NCBI GenBank assembly: GCA_964599625.1
Contig: CAZRGC010000001.1
Span: 179,388-243,387, forward strand
Origin: an uncultured Gammaproteobacteria bacterium
Lineage (GTDB): Bacteria; Patescibacteriota; Microgenomatia; UBA8517
Length of the DNA: 64,000 bases
Reading direction: 5' to 3'
Positions within the stretch are counted from its first letter, which is position 1. Every line of letters starts with the position of its first letter. Below are positions 55,302-64,000 of the stretch, one piece after another. The position numbers and the translations under genes are program-made. The notes under the pieces were generated by a model. It had not been told where the DNA came from, searched no databases, and saw only the letters and a list, made by a program, of their open reading frames with translations.

Positions 55302-56408
55302 GTGAAAAAGTTTAAACTTCAAAAGCAGAAATACGGGTTGGATAAAAATTTATTGATTCTTGTTTTTGTTCTTCTTTCTATGGGGTTGGTATTTATCGCA
55401 GACGCTTCAGCTCCGCAAGCCCTAAATCAATACGGTGATAAGTTTTTTTTCGTCAAACAGCAACTTCAATGGGCAGTGATAGGAATAGCAGCATTATTTG
55501 TTTTTTCTAATGTGCATTATTCATTTTGGGAGAAAATTGCAACGCCATTGTTTTTTCTCTCCATTTTTTTACTTTTGATAGTATTGCTGCCGCATTTTGG
55601 CTTGAAGGCTCTTGGTGCAAGAAGGTGGATATCAGTTGGTTTTATTAACTTTCAACCCTCGGAAGTTATAAAGCTTTCAATGGCTGTCTACCTTGCCAAA
55701 GTAACTTCAAAATCCAAAAAACCTTTGTCTTACTTTCTGCCGTTGGGTCTGGTTGCGCTTTTGATAATGGGACAACCGGATTTGGGAACAACGATGGTGG
55801 TTGCTTTGATTGGGTTGGCTCAAATCTTTGTTGCAGAAGTCAGTATTTATTACTTTTTGGGTGCGCTGTTATTTGGGGGGTTGGGAGTTGTCGGCTTGAT
55901 ACTCACCTCCCCTTACAGGAAAGATCGCCTACTAACATTTTTACAAATGACCAACGATCCATTGGGCAAGTCGTACCACATTAGGCAGGTGCTTTTGGCA
56001 TTGGGCTCCGGAGGTGTGTTTGGTGTCGGTTTGGGTTCATCCAGGCAAAAATATTTATTTCTTCCGGAATCATCAACTGATTCGATATTCGCAGTGATTG
56101 GTGAAGAGCTTGGACTTTTTGGTGGTGCTGTGTTAATCAGCCTTTTTGTTTACTTTGTGATTAGGGGTTTAAAGATTGCAAGAGGTGCCCCTGATAAGTT
56201 TTCGCAAAGCTTGGCTACAGGTATAACAGCATGGATAGCCGGTCAGGCATTCTTGAACATTTCAGCTATGGTTGCTCTGGTTCCTTTGACTGGAATTCCG
56301 TTGCCATTTTTGTCATACGGTGGAAGTAGTTTGCTTATGATTCTTTCCGCATGCGGTATACTTCTAAATATATCCAAAAATGCAAGCCTCGAAAAAATCA
56401 AAAGATAA
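55302..56408 (+). CDS. ftsW: SEDS-family peptidoglycan glycosyltransferase FtsW.
   Basis: A 10-TM protein with 'FQPSEVIKL'. It sits between mraY and murG. Confidence 0.85.
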   Translation: MKKFKLQKQKYGLDKNLLILVFVLLSMGLVFIADASAPQALNQYGDKFFFVKQQLQWAVIGIAALFVFSNVHYSFWEKIATPLFFLSIFLLLIVLLPHFGLKALGARRWISVGFINFQPSEVIKLSMAVYLAKVTSKSKKPLSYFLPLGLVALLIMGQPDLGTTMVVALIGLAQIFVAEVSIYYFLGALLFGGLGVVGLILTSPYRKDRLLTFLQMTNDPLGKSYHIRQVLLALGSGGVFGVGLGSSRQKYLFLPESSTDSIFAVIGEELGLFGGAVLISLFVYFVIRGLKIARGAPDKFSQSLATGITAWIAGQAFLNISAMVALVPLTGIPLPFLSYGGSSLLMILSACGILLNISKNASLEKIKR

Positions 56409-57492
56409 TATCGTTCTTACGGGCGGACACGGTGCTACTGCTGCTTATGCTTTGGTAGAGGAAATACTAAAATCCGCTAGTCACCCAACTATCTATTGGA
56501 TAGGTACAAAAAAGGCAATTGAAGGAAATAATTCATCAACCTTAGAGTTCAAAATACTTCCCAAATTGGGGGTTAACTTTGTTGAAATAATGGCGGGAAG
56601 GTTGCAACGAAGATTTACTTGGTACACTATCCCGTCGATGATAAAAATACCCATAGGCTTTTTCCAGGCTCTTGGGCAAATAATCAAAATACATCCTAGG
56701 GTTGTGGTTTCTTTTGGTGGTTTTGCCTCATTTCCTGTTGTTCTGGCGGCAAAAATCTTTGGCATACCAACAATTCTTCATGAGCAGACTGTGGTTGCCG
56801 GCCGTTCGTCTTTGGCTTCTGCTTTTTTTGTTGATCAAATAGCTTTGGCCAGGGAGGAAAGCCTAAGGTTTTTCCCCAAAAAAAAGACATTGGTGGTCGG
56901 TAACCCTATTAACTCCGAGATTTTGGCAATAAAGCCCAAAAGTCCACACAAAAACAGGAAGACTATTTTTGTTACAGGTGGGTCCAGAGGTTCTGTAAGT
57001 GTAAATTCGGTATTGGAAAAAATTCTTCCTTCTATTTTGGCTGCATATAAAATAATTCATCAGACAGGGGAACTGGATTACGAAAAGTTTATAAAACTCA
57101 GGGCAGCCTTGCCGTCTGAACTTAGAAACAATTATCAGGTTTCTGATGTAATGGACCCACACGACATGGCGTTGGCCTACGAGGCTTCGGATTTGATCGT
57201 GTCGCGAGCGGGTGCCAATACTGTTTCTGAAATAGTATCGTCCAAAAGACCGGCTGTTTTAATACCACTTGCTATAAGCTACAAAGATGAACAAACTGAA
57301 AACGCCAGGTGGGCACAAAGGTTTGTCCCTGTTGTTGTCCTCAATCAAAAAGATTTAGATTCAGATAATCTTCTTAAAGCAATTGAAAAATTAACCAGTG
57401 TGGCAACTTCAGTCAATGATTTCAAATATGAGTCTCCAGACAAGTATGCTTCCAAAAAACTGGTTGGCCTAATAGATCAATGGATAAGATAA
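56380..57492 (+). CDS. murG: Undecaprenyldiphospho-muramoylpentapeptide beta-N-acetylglucosaminyltransferase.
   Basis: It has 'IVLTGGHGATAAYAL' and 'FVTGGSRGS' and its position is conserved. Confidence 0.85.
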   Translation: MQASKKSKDNIVLTGGHGATAAYALVEEILKSASHPTIYWIGTKKAIEGNNSSTLEFKILPKLGVNFVEIMAGRLQRRFTWYTIPSMIKIPIGFFQALGQIIKIHPRVVVSFGGFASFPVVLAAKIFGIPTILHEQTVVAGRSSLASAFFVDQIALAREESLRFFPKKKTLVVGNPINSEILAIKPKSPHKNRKTIFVTGGSRGSVSVNSVLEKILPSILAAYKIIHQTGELDYEKFIKLRAALPSELRNNYQVSDVMDPHDMALAYEASDLIVSRAGANTVSEIVSSKRPAVLIPLAISYKDEQTENARWAQRFVPVVVLNQKDLDSDNLLKAIEKLTSVATSVNDFKYESPDKYASKKLVGLIDQWIR

Positions 57493-58157
57493 AAAAATTT
57501 TTGCCCATCTTTTTGTTTCTGGGAATCTTTTTGACAATTTTTATATATCCTTTTCGTATAAAAGTTCAGGTCGGTTGCGAAACCCAATATGGCGAGTGCC
57601 CCAAAGAGATTTTGGAAGTAGTTAAAAAATTTGAAGGTAAAAATCTGATTGCTGCCAGGTCTGGGATCAAAAAAGAAGTAAGAAAAAATGTGCTGGTGTC
57701 TGATGCCTCCTTGCAGTTTAAATTGCCTTCACGGCTTTTGATAAATATTCTTATTAAAAAACCTTCATTTAATTTACATTCTATTTCTGAAAATAAGTAT
57801 TCACTGGTTGGCCAAGACGGCCTGGTTTTACTAATGGCATCAAATTCAAATTTGCCCATGGTAGAAATAGAGAATTTGGCAATTAAACCCGGTGATCGTG
57901 TTAGTGATGACGTTTTATTTTCATCACGGATTGTGCTTGGGGTGCACTCAATGTATTCTGCGCAAGTGGGAAGAATCTCGGATGAGGGTTTGGTTGTTGA
58001 ACTACCGAATGGTATTAGAGTAATATTTCCTTTACAGGGCGATACCGACGTCCTTCTTGGTTCACTGCGTCTGATATATTCAAAGTTGGACACAGAAGAA
58101 TATTCTGGGAAATACAAACAAATAGACTTGCGTTTTAAAAATCCGGTATTAAGATGA
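57480..58157 (+). CDS. ftsQ: FtsQ/DivIB-like cell division protein.
   Basis: It has one N-terminal TM and a POTRA-like region, and lies directly upstream of ftsA. Confidence 0.5.
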   Translation: MDKIKKFLPIFLFLGIFLTIFIYPFRIKVQVGCETQYGECPKEILEVVKKFEGKNLIAARSGIKKEVRKNVLVSDASLQFKLPSRLLINILIKKPSFNLHSISENKYSLVGQDGLVLLMASNSNLPMVEIENLAIKPGDRVSDDVLFSSRIVLGVHSMYSAQVGRISDEGLVVELPNGIRVIFPLQGDTDVLLGSLRLIYSKLDTEEYSGKYKQIDLRFKNPVLR

Positions 58158-58185
58158 TTAGTAGTTATAAATAAGTATTAAAAAA

Positions 58186-59463
58186 ATGTCAAAAAACAGA
58201 GTGCTAGCCGCAATAGAAATAGGATCTTCAAAGGTTGCCACACTTATCAGTAAAGTAGAAGAGGATCCTGTGAGCTTGGAGTCGGTAATAAATATAGTGG
58301 GAGCATCTTCGGTAGCCTCCAAAGGAATAAAAAAAGGCCAAATAGTTAACATTGAAGAAGCGGTTGAGGCCGCAGTCAGCTCTGTTGAATCTTCCGAACG
58401 TATGGCGGGTTACAATTTGGATTCTGCGTATTTGGCTATAGGCGGCGCACAAATTCACTCTCAAAATTCACATGGTGTAGTGGCTATTTCAGACCCAAAT
58501 GGTGAAATAACACAAAGCGATGTTGACAGAGCAATCGAAGCTGCTTCTGCGGTCACACTTCCGGCTTCGCGCGAAGTGATTCATGTTTTGCCCAGAGAAT
58601 ACATAGTAGACGGCGAGTCTGGGGTCAGAGACCCAATAGGTATGAGTGGTGTAAGGCTTGAAGTCGATACCCATATTATTTCTGCCAGCAGTTCATCAAT
58701 TAAAAATATAAAAAAAGCAGTTGCAGAAGTTGGTATCCAGATCGAGGGCATGGTGTTTACAGGGCTTGCATCAGCAGAAGCTGTTGTTTCACCCACCGAA
58801 AAAGAACTTGGCTGCGTTTTGATAGACGTTGGTGGCGGCACCACCTCGATTGTTGTGTTTGTTGACGGATCAATAAGTTATTCGGGCGTCATCCCTATTG
58901 GAGCCAGCCATGTTACTAATGATTTAGCGGTTGGACTAAGATGTAGTCTAGAAGATGCCGAAAAAATAAAGTTGGCCTTGTCCTCCAAAAAGAAAAAAAC
59001 AGGAACTGCAGCTATTCCCGAAGAAGACGAGTTGGATCTTTCTACGCTTGGAGTTACCGAAATTAGAAAAATTAGCAGGAAGACATTGTTGGAAGGAATA
59101 ATAAGGCCCAGATTAAACGAAATTTTCACTATGGTGAAAATCGAGTTGGAAAAACAAGGTCTTGCAAACAGAATTCCCTCGGGTGCAATTATTACTGGCG
59201 GCGGCGCCGAAACCGCAGGTGTGATTGATTCTGCAAAAAGAATGCTTGGCTTGCAAGTCAGAGTTGGTATACCTTCTAACTTAACGGGGCTTATTGACGA
59301 TATTATGACTCCGGCCTTTTCCACAAGTATAGGATTATTAAAATTCGGAGTTAAACAGTCACCTTCTCAAAACTTGACAAGCTTCAGAAAAAAGATAAAA
59401 CTACCTCAGGCGTCTGGATTTTTAGGGAAAATTATTGACTCTGTTCGTGACCTTCTGCCCTGA
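58186..59463 (+). CDS. ftsA: Cell division protein FtsA.
   Basis: It has an actin-like ATPase fold with 'LAAIEIGSSKV' and 'VLIDVGGGTTSIVVF'. Confidence 0.9.
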   Translation: MSKNRVLAAIEIGSSKVATLISKVEEDPVSLESVINIVGASSVASKGIKKGQIVNIEEAVEAAVSSVESSERMAGYNLDSAYLAIGGAQIHSQNSHGVVAISDPNGEITQSDVDRAIEAASAVTLPASREVIHVLPREYIVDGESGVRDPIGMSGVRLEVDTHIISASSSSIKNIKKAVAEVGIQIEGMVFTGLASAEAVVSPTEKELGCVLIDVGGGTTSIVVFVDGSISYSGVIPIGASHVTNDLAVGLRCSLEDAEKIKLALSSKKKKTGTAAIPEEDELDLSTLGVTEIRKISRKTLLEGIIRPRLNEIFTMVKIELEKQGLANRIPSGAIITGGGAETAGVIDSAKRMLGLQVRVGIPSNLTGLIDDIMTPAFSTSIGLLKFGVKQSPSQNLTSFRKKIKLPQASGFLGKIIDSVRDLLP

Positions 59464-59477
59464 CCCATTAGGCAGGC

Positions 59478-59506
59478 TTGATTCTTTCCTCTGCTCACTA
59501 TAAAAT
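59478..59506 (+). promoter_or_regulatory. Sigma-70-like promoter upstream of ftsZ.
   Basis: A -35 'TTGATT' (59478-59483) is followed, after a 17-nt spacer, by a -10 'TAAAAT' (59501-59506) within a 'TATAAAAT' block. The ftsZ ATG is at 59545. Confidence 0.4.
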
Positions 59507-59544
59507 GCGGCGATAGTTATTTAGCGTCTTAAAAAAATAAATAT

Positions 59545-60702
59545 ATGGCATTAGTAAAACCCGACTCTGCAAGAATAGCAAAAATAAAAGTTATAGGAGT
59601 CGGCGGCGGTGGAGGAAACGCCATATCTTCAATGATAGACTCTGGAAACATTAATGGTGTCGAGTTTATTGCAGTTAATACAGATGCTCAGGTACTTCTT
59701 GCCAATAAAGCTCCAACTAAACTTCAGATTGGTGAAAAACTTACAAAAGGACTGGGTGTAGGCGGTCATCCGGAGATTGGAGAGCAGGCTGCCCAGGAAT
59801 CGGTCGAAAAAATAAAAGAACTTCTCATTGATTCCGACATGGTGTTCGTTACCGCGGGTATGGGTGGTGGGACCGGAACTGGTGCGGCGCCTGTAATTGC
59901 AAAGTTGGCAAAAGACAGTGGTGCCTTAACGGTCGGGGTGGTTACAAAACCTTTTGCATTTGAAGGAACCAGGAGGTCGGTAGCCGCAGAAGACGGAATA
60001 GAAAAATTAAAAGAAGCTACAGACACTTTAATTGTTATTCCAAATCAACGGCTAATGGATGTTATCGACAAAAAGATGACGTTGATCGAGGCTTTTAAAG
60101 TTGTTGATGGAGTTTTGGGTCAGGCAGTTGGGGGAATAGCTGACATTATTACAACGGCAGGTTTGGTAAACGTCGACTTTGCAGACGTTAAAACAATCAT
60201 GAAAGACGCAGGCTCTGCACTTTTGGGTATCGGAACCGGCGTCGGAGAAAACAGGGCTCAAATGGCGGCACGGGCCGCAGTCAGTTCCCCGCTTTTGGAT
60301 CTTTCCATAGAGGGTGCAAGGGGAGTTCTGTTTAACATAGCAGGCGGAAACGACTTGACCATGTTTGAAGTGGACGAGGCAGCCAAAATTATAAGTTCGT
60401 CTGCCGATCCAGATGCCAACGTTATATTTGGGGCTGTAATAAAAGACGACCTCAACGACCAGGTAAAGATTACCGTTATAGCAACAGGGTTTGACGAAAC
60501 CAGATCCAAGCTTGCACAGATGAGTAAACCCATAACCCAACCGCTTGTTCAGGGGGTAATTGGCGACTCACCTATGATCCAAAAGAAAAACGAAACCGAT
60601 GAAGACTCCGGCATGCCACCCGACGACGACGGAGCGGGTGGAGATGACGACATTTTTGGTACAAAGTTTGAGATCCCAGCATTCTTGAGGAAAGGACGGT
60701 AA
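59545..60702 (+). CDS. ftsZ: Cell division GTPase FtsZ.
   Basis: It has '[13 protein letters not shown]' and the tubulin signature 'GGGTGTG'. Confidence 0.95.
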   Translation: MALVKPDSARIAKIKVIGVGGGGGNAISSMIDSGNINGVEFIAVNTDAQVLLANKAPTKLQIGEKLTKGLGVGGHPEIGEQAAQESVEKIKELLIDSDMVFVTAGMGGGTGTGAAPVIAKLAKDSGALTVGVVTKPFAFEGTRRSVAAEDGIEKLKEATDTLIVIPNQRLMDVIDKKMTLIEAFKVVDGVLGQAVGGIADIITTAGLVNVDFADVKTIMKDAGSALLGIGTGVGENRAQMAARAAVSSPLLDLSIEGARGVLFNIAGGNDLTMFEVDEAAKIISSSADPDANVIFGAVIKDDLNDQVKITVIATGFDETRSKLAQMSKPITQPLVQGVIGDSPMIQKKNETDEDSGMPPDDDGAGGDDDIFGTKFEIPAFLRKGR

Positions 60703-60765
60703 ATCTACGTCTTGCCTCAAATTAGGCTTCTCATCGACCACTCTCTGTAGTAGAATAGGCTTCAT

Positions 60766-63700
60766 ATGGCCAAGAATAAGCCTTATTTTGAGGCTGTCGA
60801 GCCTAATGTAAATTTCCCCGAGCTTGAAAAGAAGCTCATTGATGAGTGGTATAAAAAGGGTGTAGTCAAAAAATACCTCCGTAAGAATGCTTCCTCCAAA
60901 AAATTCTTCTCTTTTCAAGATGGTCCAATTACGGCCAACAACCCAATGGGTGTTCACCATGCCTGGGGAAGAACCTATAAAGATTTATGGCAACGTTACA
61001 AAAACATGCAGGGTTATAGACAAAGATTCCAAAACGGTTTTGACGCACAAGGTCTTTGGGTAGAAGTGGAAGTCGAAAAAGAACTTGGCTTCAAAAGCAA
61101 AAAAGACATTGAGGAGTTTGGTATTGCCAAGTTTGTGCAGCTTTGTAGGGACCGTGTCAAAAAATATTCACAAATACAAACCGACCAAAGTAAAAGGTTG
61201 GGTTATTTTATGGACTGGGACCACTCCTATTACACACTAAGCGAAGACAACAACTACATGATTTGGCATTTTCTAAAAAAATGTTTTGACAATGGTTGGA
61301 TCTACAAAGGAAATGATTCTGTTCCCTGGTGTCCCAGATGTCAAACTGCAATTTCCCAGCACGAAATGCTCACCGAAGATTATAAAGAACTTACACATGA
61401 ATCTGTTTATTTGGCTTTTCCGATTGTCGGTCAGAAAGATGAATATTTTATGGTTTGGACAACAACACCGTGGACCATTCCGGCAAACATTGCAATAGCT
61501 ATTGATGAAAAAATCGAATATTCACAAATCGAAGTTGGTGCCAAAAAATATTGGATTGCGAAAGACGCTGTTGTCAGAGTTCTTGGTGGAGTAAAGTACA
61601 AATCTCTAAAAACAGTTCCCGGATCAAAACTGGCCGGCTTAAGGTATAAGGGCGCATTTGACGACTTGCCAAATGTTCAAGCTATTTCCGGAAAGAACGA
61701 GGACAAGTTTCACATTGTTGTTACAACAGATTCCCTGATTCTCCCTATTACCACAACAGAAGGCACCGGGCTTGTCCATACCGCTGTTTCTGCGGGATCG
61801 GAAGATTTTAAATTGGGCAAAAAGTTGGGTTTACCAATGGTTCCGGTCATCAACGACGACGCATCCTATATTCAAGGAATGGGATTTCTTTCCGGTGAAA
61901 ATGCTAAAAAACATCCGGAGGTGATCTTAGACTATCTAAAAAAACTCGATGCAGAAGGCAGACATTTTTATTTTAAGACAGAAAAAATAACTCACAGGTA
62001 CCCTGCTTGTTGGCGCTGCAAAACCGAACTAGTGTGGAAAGTCACCGATGAGTGGTATATCTCCATGGACACACCTCCATCAGTAAACAAAAAAGCAGAC
62101 AAACCTGTCAATTGGGACGAAGATGAGGAAACCCCCAAGCCTGACACCAGAACACTTAGAGAAAGAATGAAAGTTGTGGCCTCCAAAATCAATTGGATTC
62201 CGTCATTCGGGTTAGACAGAGAACTTGATTGGCTTACAAATATGCACGATTGGCTTATTAGTAAAAAGAACAGATATTGGGGTTTGGCATTGCCGATTTG
62301 GGAATGTAAAAACTGCGGAAAGTTTGAAGTTGTCGGATCGAAAGAAGAACTTAAAGAACGTTCAGTCGAGGGTTGGAAAAAGTTTGAACGGTTGACGCCC
62401 CATAAGCCGCAGATTGATGAAATAAAACTCAAATGCTCAGCCTGTGGGCATATTTCAGAAAGGATAGAACCAGTTGGAAATCCTTGGCTTGACGCCGGAA
62501 TTGTGCCCTTTTCTACAATAAGCGAAAATAATCAGGCCTGCAATTTTGATAAAACAAAAACGAAACCGCTCTATCTTGAAGATAGAAAAAGCTGGCTTAA
62601 TTGGTTTCCGGAAAGTTTCATTACGGAAAGTTTCCCGGGTCAGTTCAAAAACTGGTTTTATGCAATGATTGCAATGAGTACCGTTTTGGAAGACATCAAT
62701 CCATTCAAAACAGTATTGGGGTTTGCAACTTGTGTAGGCGAAGACGGCCGACCAATGCACAAAAGCTGGGGTAATTCTATTGAGTTCAACGAAGGTGCGG
62801 ACAAAATTGGAGTGGATGTTATGAGATGGATGTATGTCCGCCAAAACCCAGCCGAGAATATGCTTTTTGGATACAAAATCGCAGACGAAACAAGAAGGAG
62901 ATTCCATCTTAAACTTTGGAATATTTATAACTTTTTTGTAACGTATGCCAACATTGACGGTTTTGTGCCGGAAAAAACCAAAAAATCTGATTCGGTGTTG
63001 GATAAATGGCTCCTTGCCAGATTAGACGAGGTTTTGAATACAGTCACATCGTCGCTTGATAATTTTGACGCTTATACAGCTACAAATGCAATTGATAAGT
63101 TTGTTGACGATTTTTCACTTTGGTATATAAGGCGCTCCAGAGACCGGGTTGGACCAGCCGCAGAGTCCCAAAAGGATAAAAACGCTTTCTATTCGACATG
63201 TTTTTATGCCTTAGTAAATCTTTCAAAAGTATTGGCGCCTTTGATGCCTTTTATGAGCGAGACGATTTACAGGAATCTTACAAAAGATGAATCCGTGCAT
63301 CTTTCTGACTGGCCAAAACTAAAAGCAGTCAAGCCAGAACTTTCAGACATCATTAAGCAAATGGAAGTTGCCAGAGAAGTTGTAGAAAAAGCACATGCCC
63401 TAAGAAAAGAAAAAATGATTGCAGTAAAGCAGCCTTTGTCACGCCTAACTATATCGGGTTATGTTTTTGCGGAATCTGTTGCCAAACTTATTGCTGACGA
63501 GTTAAATGTTAAGGAAGTTGTCTCAAAAAGCTCAAAAGGGAAGATCGAAATTGATCTTGACACCAAAATTACTCAGGAGCTCAAAGAAGAGGCGGAAGTC
63601 AGAGAATTGGTGCGTTCGATCCAAGACGAAAGAAAGAAAATGGGTCTAACTCTCAACCAAAAAGTAAAAGTTAGGTTGCCGTTGCTACCCAAAAATAAGG

Positions 63701-63777
63701 ATCTGCTTGAGTGGGTCACAAAAAAGGCTCAAATCGAGGAACTCTCCGAAGGAAAATTCAAAGTAGAAAAAGTATAG
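60766..63777 (+). CDS. ileS: Isoleucine--tRNA ligase, type 2 (eukaryote/archaeal-like).
   Basis: It is 1003 aa. The N-terminal region 'GPITANNPMGVHHAWGRTYKDL...GFDAQGL' aligns with the type-2 IleS HIGH region. It has zinc knuckles (CPRC, CWRC, CKNC, CSAC), a KMSKS-region 'PMHKSWGN', and the Firmicute-like position downstream of ftsZ. Confidence 0.75.
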   Translation: MAKNKPYFEAVEPNVNFPELEKKLIDEWYKKGVVKKYLRKNASSKKFFSFQDGPITANNPMGVHHAWGRTYKDLWQRYKNMQGYRQRFQNGFDAQGLWVEVEVEKELGFKSKKDIEEFGIAKFVQLCRDRVKKYSQIQTDQSKRLGYFMDWDHSYYTLSEDNNYMIWHFLKKCFDNGWIYKGNDSVPWCPRCQTAISQHEMLTEDYKELTHESVYLAFPIVGQKDEYFMVWTTTPWTIPANIAIAIDEKIEYSQIEVGAKKYWIAKDAVVRVLGGVKYKSLKTVPGSKLAGLRYKGAFDDLPNVQAISGKNEDKFHIVVTTDSLILPITTTEGTGLVHTAVSAGSEDFKLGKKLGLPMVPVINDDASYIQGMGFLSGENAKKHPEVILDYLKKLDAEGRHFYFKTEKITHRYPACWRCKTELVWKVTDEWYISMDTPPSVNKKADKPVNWDEDEETPKPDTRTLRERMKVVASKINWIPSFGLDRELDWLTNMHDWLISKKNRYWGLALPIWECKNCGKFEVVGSKEELKERSVEGWKKFERLTPHKPQIDEIKLKCSACGHISERIEPVGNPWLDAGIVPFSTISENNQACNFDKTKTKPLYLEDRKSWLNWFPESFITESFPGQFKNWFYAMIAMSTVLEDINPFKTVLGFATCVGEDGRPMHKSWGNSIEFNEGADKIGVDVMRWMYVRQNPAENMLFGYKIADETRRRFHLKLWNIYNFFVTYANIDGFVPEKTKKSDSVLDKWLLARLDEVLNTVTSSLDNFDAYTATNAIDKFVDDFSLWYIRRSRDRVGPAAESQKDKNAFYSTCFYALVNLSKVLAPLMPFMSETIYRNLTKDESVHLSDWPKLKAVKPELSDIIKQMEVAREVVEKAHALRKEKMIAVKQPLSRLTISGYVFAESVAKLIADELNVKEVVSKSSKGKIEIDLDTKITQELKEEAEVRELVRSIQDERKKMGLTLNQKVKVRLPLLPKNKDLLEWVTKKAQIEELSEGKFKVEKV

Positions 63778-63780
63778 GTA

Positions 63781-64000
63781 ATGAAGGATATATTTTTGTT
63801 CGGTCCTGTAATATTTCTTTTGATTCTTTCCTCATTTGTTTTGAGGTCTATATCGCCTTCGCTTTTCCCACTCCATTTTTTTTATCTTTTTTTGGGTGTA
63901 ATGATTTTTTGGTTTTTTTCACAAGTTGACTTTGACGTACTTTCGATATTTTCGAACCACTTGTATGTAGTTTCGATAGTTCTTCTTTTGATAACTTTAC
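63781..64000 (+). CDS. SEDS family (RodA/FtsW-like) protein, N-terminal fragment truncated at the window end.
   Basis: An open frame from ATG 63781 to the window end encodes two TM helices ('IFLLILSSFVL...HFFYLFLGVMIFWFFSQVDFDVLSIFSNHLYVVSIVLLLITL') like a RodA/FtsW N-terminus. Confidence 0.4.
   Translation, partial: MKDIFLFGPVIFLLILSSFVLRSISPSLFPLHFFYLFLGVMIFWFFSQVDFDVLSIFSNHLYVVSIVLLLITL

Noticed and set aside
1-64000. Recoded TGA (translation table 25, as in Gracilibacteria/Absconditabacteria), given the CPR-like character.
   Set aside because: Conserved genes end cleanly at TGA (e.g. the GT4 ending at 16027-16029 and the GT2 ending at 19233-19235). Reading through TGA would not extend recognisable homology, and the ORF set is coherent under table 11.
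1-64000. tRNA, rRNA, CRISPR arrays or transposase/integrase-bearing mobile elements.
   Set aside because: Intergenic spaces are at most 231 nt and none shows a tRNA cloverleaf signature (GG...TTC arms). I saw no spaced direct repeats and no transposase/integrase-like ORFs.

Overview
This is an AT-rich (mid-30s % GC by eye, not computed), almost gap-free 64 kb window. TGA serves as an ordinary stop codon, so translation table 11 applies. Compact genes, pervasive 1-4 nt overlaps, a short RecO, dimeric-type GlyRS and a eukaryote/archaeal-type IleS fit a reduced-genome monoderm such as a CPR/Patescibacteria-like bacterium; that assignment is inference. I see three blocks. (1) About 1-30.3 kb is a very large surface-glycan/glycosylation island. 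It holds about 20 glycosyltransferases (GT4, GT2, a GT4-GT2 fusion, four or five GT-C-type polytopic membrane enzymes), a Wzx flippase, a Wzy_C/O-antigen-ligase-like protein, a monotopic priming phosphoglycosyltransferase, a mannose-1-phosphate guanylyltransferase, an AsnB-type amidotransferase, a SAM methyltransferase, an LbH acetyltransferase and a DUF4012-like exported protein. (2) About 30.3-39.3 kb holds recO, a ZnuCB-like ABC importer, a DEDDy exonuclease-msrB-Cas4-like Fe-S nuclease operon, msrA, an LCP protein translationally coupled to an unknown Cys/His protein, glyQS and a VanZ-like protein. (3) About 39.5-60.7 kb is a division/cell-wall (dcw) cluster that unusually contains the whole cytoplasmic peptidoglycan pathway: mraZ-rsmH-ftsL-ftsI-murA-yvcK-(GNAT, antisense)-murE::glmU(N-terminal)-murC-murB-murD-murI-ddl-murF-mraY-ftsW-murG-ftsQ-ftsA-ftsZ. 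It is followed by ileS and the first ~73 codons of a second SEDS gene. I found no tRNA or rRNA genes, CRISPR arrays or mobile elements. The most interesting items are the repeated GT2-to-GT-C modules, which suggest polyprenol-phosphate-sugar-dependent extracytoplasmic glycosylation, and a MurE-GlmU(uridyltransferase-only) fusion sitting beside murA and yvcK.
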